DNA of 32,000 nt, taken from an uncultured archaeon (lineage in GTDB: Archaea > Asgardarchaeota > Lokiarchaeia > Sigyniarchaeales > Promethearchaeaceae). Positions 16,661-25,300 of the stretch are shown here, piece after piece (the first letter of the stretch is position 1; each line of letters starts with the position of its first letter). The notes beneath the pieces were generated by a model, which worked only from the letters and a program-made list of their open reading frames with translations, did not search any database and was not told where the DNA came from. The stretch is taken from NCBI GenBank assembly GCA_964426185.1, contig CAYRPF010000003.1, positions 14,243 to 46,242 on the forward strand, read 5' to 3'. Both the position numbers and the translations under genes were made by a program.

Positions 16661-18022
16661 ATGGATAAATCATCACCCATTTCAATAGTAGCTCCTTACA
16701 ACATGATTATTGCCCGATATGTTGAAATTGGATTAAAATCTCGAAAAGTCAGAAATCGCATGGAGCAGAGATTACTAAAACATATTCAAGCAATCCTTTC
16801 TCGCGAATCGGTCAAATGTGAAAAAGCGTACTGTAAATGGGGGCGTTTGATCTTTGAAATTTCAGCACAAGAAATGGAAAAAACCCTTCTCATTTTTCGA
16901 AATATTATCGGTATTCATTCTTATTCTCCTGTGATCCAGGTAACAAACCAATTAGATCAACTGTTTCAAGCTATACAAGATTTTTCTCTTAATTATCTGA
17001 CAGACAATGACTCCTTTGCTGTGAGGGTAAAACGATTTAAAACCTTTCCTAAAACTTCTCTTGAATTGGAACGCGAAATCGGTGAACTTGTTTTAAAAAC
17101 TTTTCAAGAAAAAGAAAAAACGCTTCACGTGGATTTGGATAATCCTAAAAAAACAATATACTTAGAAGTAAAAGAAGAAAGCGCCTATCTTTTCGGGGAT
17201 ATCTATTACACTGCTTGGGGCGGAAATCCTATTGAAAACGATAAGGCAATGTTCACATTTTGGAAAGGCTTACCTGGAGAATTGGCGTCTGCTTTTTTAC
17301 TTACCCGTCGTGGAACGGTTACAATTCCTGTTATCTTTTATGATAATTCAACAAAATTAACACAAGATGAAAACCCATTACTTCCTATTTCAATGAATAA
17401 TCTGCAAGTGCTGAGTGCGTATTATTCTTTTCCATTACCTTATATAATGGTAAATATGAAATCAGTAGTGAATTTTTGGGAACAAAAAAATGAAGAAGAA
17501 TGGCTTGTTTCTTTCTCCAAGGAAGATTTCTATAATAGGGTTGCAATTTTGATAATATCTAATTTATTAAAGCAAAAAAACTTAGCAGACCTTTTATTTT
17601 GTCAAAATAAACGACTTCTTATAAAAGGTGTGATATTCAGTAATCATTCCTTGTTTAACCCAGCGGACCACTCCAACTATTCTATAGATTTATTAAAATT
17701 TGTCCAAAGACAAAGCTTATCTTGTTTTTTTCCTTTACTTGGATTACCTTCCCCAGTTATCAACCAAATCGAACTTAGTCTAACAAAACAATCATACGAG
17801 TTAATTTCTACCGAATTTTCACTTTCGTCGCTAATACAACCATTTCTTACAAATTCTGCAGATGATCGGGCAATATTTATTAAACATGACACTAGTTCCA
17901 GAGATGATGATGAATTGGTGGAATATTTTGATAAATGGAAGGAGTCTGAAGATTTGGAAAATTTAATACAGCAAGTTCTTGCCGAGATTCAAATTCGAAA
18001 ATCTGTTTCCCACTTCTTCTAA
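16661..18022 (+). CDS. ThiI-like THUMP-domain protein with a degenerate PP-loop domain
   Basis: IARYVEIGLKS..VRNRME, GIHSYSP, SFAVRVKR, SLELEREIG, VDLDNP match the ThiI NFLD-THUMP region. The SGGxDS motif is absent. Confidence 0.82.
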   Translation: MDKSSPISIVAPYNMIIARYVEIGLKSRKVRNRMEQRLLKHIQAILSRESVKCEKAYCKWGRLIFEISAQEMEKTLLIFRNIIGIHSYSPVIQVTNQLDQLFQAIQDFSLNYLTDNDSFAVRVKRFKTFPKTSLELEREIGELVLKTFQEKEKTLHVDLDNPKKTIYLEVKEESAYLFGDIYYTAWGGNPIENDKAMFTFWKGLPGELASAFLLTRRGTVTIPVIFYDNSTKLTQDENPLLPISMNNLQVLSAYYSFPLPYIMVNMKSVVNFWEQKNEEEWLVSFSKEDFYNRVAILIISNLLKQKNLADLLFCQNKRLLIKGVIFSNHSLFNPADHSNYSIDLLKFVQRQSLSCFFPLLGLPSPVINQIELSLTKQSYELISTEFSLSSLIQPFLTNSADDRAIFIKHDTSSRDDDELVEYFDKWKESEDLENLIQQVLAEIQIRKSVSHFF

Positions 18023-18062
18023 TGAATTAATTTCGATATAACATAATTATTATATAGAATTA

Positions 18063-19460
18063 TTATCCAGGACGGGCAAAAACATAAAATTCTCGAATCA
18101 AATGCTTGGTTCCGCGATCATACAAATTTTTACTTTGACCTCGATCAAATTTATAAAGAGGATTTTCCTTTACGTCAAACCGTTCTGTTTTTAACAGTTG
18201 AATTGGCTTAAATCCTGCTTCAGTAGCCATTTCATGAATGGGAAGGGCTATCTGTCTTTCATCTTTGGTTAAAACAATTGGTGCTACTAAGGCTATCCGT
18301 GTGTTTGGTTTTAACAATTGGAAAGATTGATTAAAGAGTTGTTCGTAAACAGGAATGACTTTTTCTTCAATTACTGGAATGATTTCAGAATATTCTGGAA
18401 AGCTGCGAAAATATGGCAATAAAACTGGTTCACTCGCAATACCATCAAAAAAATTGGGCTTAAAATAAGTTAGAAGATCTGAAATTTGTGAGTGAATAAC
18501 TTGTTTTTTTATTTTTTCACTGAGAAGAGATGATTGTAGTAATTTTGTAGTATATTCCAAATTATCCCGTGCACCAGAAACTTGCGTGTGATCATTATCT
18601 GCTCCATATGGTTGAAGACCCATCAATAGGGCAAATTGAAGAATAGTTCCCGAACCACAAAATGGATCTAAGATTCGTTTGTTTTCTAAAGGGCTTTGTA
18701 ATTGTAGAAAAGAAAGAAGAGTTTTAGCAAATTTTGGAGGTATTGTTTGTTGAAATTTTTTAAATGGCCGTTTTTCGTCTAATTCTTTCTGTAAATTGGA
18801 ATCAGATACGGTAATGGTTCGACCAATATACATACCTTGATCGGTAATGCAATATAATATTTCTGCCCGATTAGGCTTATAGAGTTTATAAGCAAAATAG
18901 TGGTGTGGAAATAATGGATTCAATTTTCCCGTTTCAATGTTTTTTTGGGGATATTTATAGTAAATTGCTTTTTTAGCGCCTTGTTCCTTTAAGTAAGTAT
19001 TATAGAATTTATTCAAATAATGCAGTACATAGCGGACTAAGACACTGGAATAATAAGGATCATCAAAACTCTCTGGGTAGATAGAATTTGCTATGAAAAA
19101 CTCTTGGCCTTCAATCTTGGGAAATAATTCGAAAATTAAATCGATAAGGGTATTGTCTAGATATTTACGCCCGGCATAAATTTTAGGACGATTTTCTTCC
19201 ATATTAACTGGAAATGCACTTTTTAAGACAGAAATACCCATAAAATCATACATCAATCCGATTTTTTGGATGCTCCCCATACGTATCATTAGATTTCCAA
19301 TTTCTTCTAATTCGATTTCTTGATTTTCGAATTCCACGATAGCGCAATTTGTAGAATAATCTAAAATCTTTCCTCGATACTGTGAAGTTTGGAGATACGA
19401 ATCAATTTCTGCAAGAGCAAGACGGTAGTTTTTCCCCAAAATGAAAATATATTTTTCCAT
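18063..19460 (-). CDS. Trm11/TrmG10-like SAM-dependent RNA methyltransferase
   Basis: YIFILGKN..LALAEI N-terminus, IPPKFAKTL, ILDPFCGSGTIL, YGAD. DGIASEP at motif IV. Confidence 0.8.
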   Translation of the reverse strand: MEKYIFILGKNYRLALAEIDSYLQTSQYRGKILDYSTNCAIVEFENQEIELEEIGNLMIRMGSIQKIGLMYDFMGISVLKSAFPVNMEENRPKIYAGRKYLDNTLIDLIFELFPKIEGQEFFIANSIYPESFDDPYYSSVLVRYVLHYLNKFYNTYLKEQGAKKAIYYKYPQKNIETGKLNPLFPHHYFAYKLYKPNRAEILYCITDQGMYIGRTITVSDSNLQKELDEKRPFKKFQQTIPPKFAKTLLSFLQLQSPLENKRILDPFCGSGTILQFALLMGLQPYGADNDHTQVSGARDNLEYTTKLLQSSLLSEKIKKQVIHSQISDLLTYFKPNFFDGIASEPVLLPYFRSFPEYSEIIPVIEEKVIPVYEQLFNQSFQLLKPNTRIALVAPIVLTKDERQIALPIHEMATEAGFKPIQLLKTERFDVKENPLYKFDRGQSKNLYDRGTKHLIREFYVFARPG

Positions 19461-19578
19461 CAGTATGTAAAAGGTGCCATTTGATTAGAATTTTTGCTTT
19501 TCATCAATATCTATGAAAAATACAAAGAATTTGGATTAATTAAAGAAAATGGATGATATATTTGAAAAAATAAAATCA

Positions 19579-20247
19579 TTAATCCCGTTGCTGTTTTAAT
19601 TTCTTAATTTCCGCTTCTAGATCATTTATTTCTCCTTCAAAGGATGCCCCTCCAGGAACTGAAGGAAGCGCTTCACGCGTGTTAATTGAAAGTTGAGCAT
19701 CCACTTCCGCCAATGCGTTGTCCACTTCTTCGTCAGTAACGCTGGTTGCTGAGCTATCTTCCGAAAGTTCTAATTGTGTATTGACTTCTGAGAATATTGC
19801 ATCCATATTTCCAAACCCTAAATCCAACTGACTTAACATGTTTGAAATTTCGGGAGCTTTCACACTAATTTGAAGTTCTCCCAAAACCCCTGCGATATCT
19901 TTCGCCACTCCGGTAAAATCTCCGATAGCTTTTGCTTGTTCTAACTTGAATTGAACTCCATCTAAACGGACCCGAAAATTTTCAATTGAGTGAACCCATT
20001 TTTGGAATTGCAGATGATTTTTCATATGAAGCCGACTTCCGGGTATGTCACCCGATTCTCGTCTTTGGATTGCTTTTTTTTTTGCTAACTTTCCTTTCTG
20101 TTCCATCTTAACTACTTGTCGTTGAAGTCGCTTATTAAAAATTTTAAGACTGGTGATGGTTTTTCGTAAAGGGTCAATGTCATCCTTTTTTTTATAACCT
20201 CCAGATAACCACGCTGTAAATTTCTTGAGACTGCCCAATTTGTTCAC
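19579..20247 (-). CDS. ESCRT-III (Snf7 family), Vps2/24/46 (CHMP1-like) class; start probably TTG 20238
   Basis: LKIFNKRLQRQ..KME.....KKKAI....GD..GSRLH..N...RLDGVQFKLEQA aligns by eye with CHMP1/Did2. Acidic helix TDEEVDNAL, LPSVP, terminal DLEAEIKKLK. SD-like GGAAGTGA 5 nt before the TTG. Confidence 0.9.
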   Translation of the reverse strand: MNKLGSLKKFTAWLSGGYKKKDDIDPLRKTITSLKIFNKRLQRQVVKMEQKGKLAKKKAIQRRESGDIPGSRLHMKNHLQFQKWVHSIENFRVRLDGVQFKLEQAKAIGDFTGVAKDIAGVLGELQISVKAPEISNMLSQLDLGFGNMDAIFSEVNTQLELSEDSSATSVTDEEVDNALAEVDAQLSINTREALPSVPGGASFEGEINDLEAEIKKLKQQRD

Positions 20248-20420
20248 TTCCGATGATAAATCTTACTAAATTGAATTATTAAATTAATATATTTAATATA
20301 AAGTAAAAGGTGAATTCCCTTAAAAAACTCTTAGGAGTCCAATCTCATTTTGAATATCTGAAGCAAACATTCTTTTTTCTTAAATTCATTTATAAGATAG
20401 AAACACATCAAAGAAAGGTG

Positions 20421-21095
20421 ATGGCAATCGGAACTTTAAAAAAATTGGTTGATTGGTTAAACGGTGATGATGATAGTAACAATGTATCTTCTTCTCCTCA
20501 TTCTGTGTCTCCTCGGATTAAAATAAAAGTTTTTAACAAGCGTCTGGCCCGAATGATATCTAAAATGGAAATTCAAGAAGCGAGGAACAAGAAAAAGGCT
20601 CAAGAAGCTCTGAGCAACGGTGATAAAACTGGGGCTCGAATTTACATGAAAAATTCTTTACAATATCGAAAATGGGCTCACGCAACTGAAAAATTTAAGA
20701 TGCGAATGGAGGGAGTGGAAATGAAATTAGATCAAGCCAAGATGATTTCCGATTTTTCAGGTGTGGCGCAAGATATCGTAGGCACACTGCGGGGATTACA
20801 ACAGCAAGTAAAAATGCCAGAAGTCAGCAAGATGTTATCTCAGCTAGATATGGGATTTGGGAAAATAGATGCCGTTTTATCCGAAACTTCAAGCCAACTG
20901 GAATTGAGTGATGATGCTTCTTCCACGGCAGTCTCAGAAAAAGAAGTGGATGAAGCTTTAGAAGAAGTCGATTTAGAATTGAGCGCCAATTCATTAACAG
21001 CACTTCCTGAAGTACCCCAAATGCAAGAAAAAGATGTTAGTATTGAAGATCTGGAGCAAGAAATTAAAAAGTTGAAAGAAAAAAATAAAATATAA
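20421..21095 (+). CDS. ESCRT-III (Snf7 family), Vps2/24/46 (CHMP1-like) class, paralogue of the adjacent gene
   Basis: Aligns without gaps to 19579..20247 over about 165 aa at roughly 55% identity (hand count). Homology starts at MAIGTLKKL, so the start is placed at ATG 20421 rather than 20310. Confidence 0.9.
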   Translation: MAIGTLKKLVDWLNGDDDSNNVSSSPHSVSPRIKIKVFNKRLARMISKMEIQEARNKKKAQEALSNGDKTGARIYMKNSLQYRKWAHATEKFKMRMEGVEMKLDQAKMISDFSGVAQDIVGTLRGLQQQVKMPEVSKMLSQLDMGFGKIDAVLSETSSQLELSDDASSTAVSEKEVDEALEEVDLELSANSLTALPEVPQMQEKDVSIEDLEQEIKKLKEKNKI

Positions 21096-21342
21096 ATATC
21101 ACGTTTCTGTAGATTTCAAAAACAGATAACCTTTTTTTTTGTCGATTTTCTTTTTATCTATGTTAAGGAAATAATAAATTTTGTTTTTGGACAAAATTAT
21201 TGTTCAAAATAAAATTCATATCCCGCTGAACATTGGAAAAATTAGAACACAAATCTTGGAAAATTTACTATAATGATCTATAAATATTTTTACTCTTTTA
21301 CAATAATAAATTCAAACAAATTTTGAAATTGGAGATATCATC

Positions 21343-21843
21343 ATGAATTTAACAGAAACGTTTATCAAAATACGAGAAAGTAAAGGGGATTCTCTTGCTG
21401 AAGAATATTCCAATAGAAAAAAATGCGAAAAATTGGATCTCCAAGTTGAGAGCCTCAGCATGAGTTTACAGATGGAATTTAGCCGTATTCAAGGAAGTTC
21501 GCTACATCAGCTTCAATCAAATTCAATTGGGGATCATATTAGGGATATTGTTGAAGATGGAGTGAATGATATCATAACAACTATTAATAAACGGCCTATC
21601 GTTTTCAAATCCTATTTGGAGATTTTATATCAAAATCTTCAAACTTTCTTCTCACCTGAAGCAAATCAAGTTTTTTATGAAGTTCAGCAACTTCATCTTA
21701 CTTATAATTTCAATCAAATCGCATGGAAAATAAAGGATTTCGATTACCAAACCATCATTCGTATTTTGAAATGTTTAATAATTGGAAATGTGCTGCGACG
21801 CTACAACCGCCGGAAATTTATTCCTGGTAGTTGCTATACATGA
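21343..21843 (+). CDS. Hypothetical helical protein (166 aa) ending GSCYT
   Basis: ATG with SD GGAG upstream and TATA-like TATAAATA at about 21279. Ends TGA-TAA. Confidence 0.75.
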   Translation: MNLTETFIKIRESKGDSLAEEYSNRKKCEKLDLQVESLSMSLQMEFSRIQGSSLHQLQSNSIGDHIRDIVEDGVNDIITTINKRPIVFKSYLEILYQNLQTFFSPEANQVFYEVQQLHLTYNFNQIAWKIKDFDYQTIIRILKCLIIGNVLRRYNRRKFIPGSCYT

Positions 21844-22152
21844 TAAAAACGCGATAAATTATGAAGATTTATTCTTTTTGATCACTTTCTTTTCTTTTTC
21901 ATTATTTTTAGTATCTTTTTTACAATTTATTCAAATCGTAAAATATAGAATCATATTATATTCACTTTTAGATGCAATAAATCTTATTTATTCATAAAAT
22001 TTTCAATTATTTACATAATTCATAGCACTATCTTAAATAACTTCTGCTTAATTGGGTATTACACTTTCTCTTTTCTTCTTACCAGCAAGATTGATTGCTT
22101 TACCTTCAAAAATATTTTTGTTAGGTCATTCCTTTGAATGAGTATTTTCAAT

Positions 22153-22261
22153 GTGGGTGGGGAGGTAATTCCTTCGCACTTTAAGATTTTTTCACAGATC
22201 CCATAATATTATGCGGGTCACAAAGCCCACCTAAAGATGTGACACAAAGGGAGGTGGATCT
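22153..22261. ncRNA. Candidate structured RNA or regulatory element
   Basis: GC-rich island in an AT-rich intergenic region with several hairpins and a possible pseudoknot. No family recognised. Confidence 0.3.
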
Positions 22262-22364
22262 TCATTTTTCGAGAAGTCAAGCATAAGTTTTAAATTACTT
22301 CTAAACAAAACTTAACAACAGAAGAATATATTTTCTTCTGAACAACTTTTACTAGGAGAATAAA

Positions 22365-25300
22365 ATGAAGGATTTTAGATTCTCTCTATCGAAAACTCGT
22401 TATCGTATCGGTATTTTACTGCTTATGGTAGTAATGATGGTGCCAATGGGGATTGCATCAAGCATGCCGGCAACTAATAACACGGTAACGGGTGAAACTC
22501 AAAAAGAGTTTACTAATGCTAATCCAGACCTGGTATTAGATGATTCTAAATTAGATGGGTATCTTTCTGAAATGATAAAAAACAACAAGATACTCGATGG
22601 AATCAACTATATCAACGGTAAAATGAGCGTTCAAATGCTCGTTGCTGGAGACCCATATCTTGGGGGAAAAATCAATCCAATTACAATTTCCAAACTTGGG
22701 GATGATGTATTTTGGGTTCATGCAACCGTCGACAATATTGCTGATATAGAAACTTTACAAGCAGAAGAAAATGTTTTAAAAATTGGTGCTGACCGATATT
22801 ATGGACCAGATCGTTCTTCTATCGGAACAGATCCTCAATCATTTAAACATCTTGATATGAGCGCACCTGTGTTTATGGATAAAACAGATATAATGGATGC
22901 AAATGTTCCAGTGACCGATTCTGTTGAAACTCGTGAAATTTTAGGTGTAAATACAGTTAATGAGATGGGCTTTAATGGTTCAGGTGTTATGGTAAATATT
23001 CACGATACTGGAGTTGACTTTGGTCATACTGCTTTACGAAATGCCATGGCTGTAGATGAAAACGGTTATCCTCTATCATTTGAGCCTATGGGTCGTATGT
23101 CTTTGACCAGTTTGTGGAGTTATGATTACTGGATGAGTATTTATAATGATCCATGTCACAATCCGGAAGGTTATGATGCTTACATAGCTGGATTATTAGA
23201 AAGTTGGTTCTCACCCAGGCATACTGATGCTGATGGATATATTTCTTTATCCGGATATTCTAACTTGTTTGCTTATGTCGCTGACTTAGGTTCCTTATAT
23301 ACCATGGGTCAACTTGGAATATCATTACCTTCTTCATACTATGTTGGAAATTTACCTGGAAATAACACCGGATATGCTTTCGGTATGGCAGTTACTCACA
23401 ACAACGGATATATTCAATTTGTCCCCTTCTTAGAGGCTGATGCCGATGATGATGGCGCCTATGATACTCTTTATGTCGATTATCAATCAGGTTGGGCTTT
23501 AACTCTTTGGTGGTGGATTGAAGATGATTATTATTATGATTTAGCTCCATTCAACTTTACAATCGGTGGAGTTCATAATAATACCAATAATTTAGCACTT
23601 TCCGCGGATGTTTGGGATGGAGTTACCTTCGGTGCTCAAGATGGATATTATGATATTTCCATGGGTTCCATCGGCAATGTATATGATATGATGGATTTAA
23701 TCGATGGTGACATGTTATTAGGTATCCCTGCTGATGGAAAAGCTTTAGGACACATTTGGGATGTTGGCGGCCACGGTACCGGTTGTGCTGGATATGTTGC
23801 TGGTGCTTGGACCGATTATCAATTATTAGCTGATCCAAACGAATGGACATACCCTGATGATAATTACTTCACAATTGGAGGTATGGCTCCAGAAGCTAAC
23901 ATCATTGCAACCGCTGGATTTTCTAGCACTGCTACTGAACTAGGATGGCAATGGGCTAGTGGTTTTGACTACAATTCTACTTCTGGCTATTGGGAATATA
24001 ACCCTGCATCAACCCATCGAGCAAATGTGAGTTCCAATAGTTGGGGTATCAGTGCAGTAATGGATGGAAATGGAATTGCTTATGGATTCGATTTTGAAAC
24101 CATGTTTATTGATTACCTCTCAGCTCCTGGATATATTGATGCGAATTATCCTGGTCTCCTCTTCCTTACTTCTACTGGAAACGGTGGATCTGGTATGGGA
24201 ACCTCCAAACAGCCCAGTCAATCAACCGCTGCTGTAGCAGTTGGAGCTTCTACCGTTAACTGGTGGCGATATACTACCGGATATGGTGATAATGAAACTC
24301 AGCAAGGTAATGATCAAATTATTGGTTGGAGTGATAATGGTCCATCTTTAACTGGCTATCCAAAGATCGATATAGTTGCCCCTGGTGCTTTCGATTTCAG
24401 CATTCAACCAGTTGAAATTGGTGGTGTTACCTTTACTGAAGTATTTGGTGGAACATCCGCTTCTTGTCCAGTTACTGCTGGAAGTATGGCCGTGTTATAT
24501 CAAGCATGGAACAAGGCTCATCCTGGAGTCCAACTAACTCCCGATATGGCTAAAGTCATATTGAAGAGCACTGCGAAAGACTTAGGTTATGATCCTTACA
24601 TGCAAGGTGCGGGTCGTGTCGATGTTTATGCCATGGTAGATTATGCTATGGGTTGGAATGAAACCTTAATTGCATATAGTTATGATGCCCCTGCCATGAC
24701 AGTTGATCGATCGTTCTTTAATTTCTATTATTACTACTTTGGAGAATTACCTCCATTGGCAGTTCAATATCTCGCCGATACTGCAGTTTATGGAGGAGCA
24801 ATGTTGCCTGGTGAAACCGTATATAATGATTTGCATGTTTTAGGTAACCAAACCTCTTTGGATTATGAAGCAGTTACCTTCAATACGGTCTATACTGCAG
24901 TTAACAGCTCATCTGAATTGCATACCTCAGAATATTATACGAAATTCGCTTTGGCTGATCTCTTCGACATTACTCAGTTACGTGATGCAGATTACTTCCA
25001 GTTAATTTTGGCAATGGATTTCGACGAAGCAATGGAATATCGTAATACCTATCATCGCAATCCTCCATATATGTATGTTACCTCTTTAGAAAGTGGTACA
25101 ATTGGAGCAGGTGATGAAGAATTTGCTTTCTGGAACTATGCATACGATAACAACAACTTCCAAGATCTCTTCTTACCAACGAACTTCATTCAAGATTCTG
25201 AAAATCCTGTCTATATTCAAGTACGGGATTACGTCTTCAACAATGAAAGTTCATACTACGATGAAAACTGGACTGGTATTGATTTTACCTTATCTGTGCG

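Noticed and set aside
18045-18066. AATTATTAT repeated at 13-bp spacing at the ThiI-like/Trm11-like junction
   Set aside because: Only 9 bp and A/T-only, so not distinguishable from chance.
20310-20420. 37-aa N-terminal extension of the plus-strand ESCRT-III from GTG 20310
   Set aside because: No counterpart in the paralogue. The region contains a TATA-like TTTATAA at about 20389, and homology starts at 20421.
21782-21997. 71-aa overlapping ORF after the 166-aa gene
   Set aside because: TTG start inside the upstream gene. The hydrophobic stretch is simply the translation of terminator T-tracts.
22048-22230. Minus-strand frame with two in-frame TGA codons (possible selenoprotein)
   Set aside because: No good start or SD, no Cys/Sec motif context, no recognisable homology and no SECIS.
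22212-22250. c-di-GMP-I (GEMM) riboswitch resemblance (GGG.C.CAAAGCC...CCTAAA)
   Set aside because: Lacks the GGCAAACC and GNRA tetraloop/receptor elements, so the resemblance is superficial. Kept only as an unclassified structured element.
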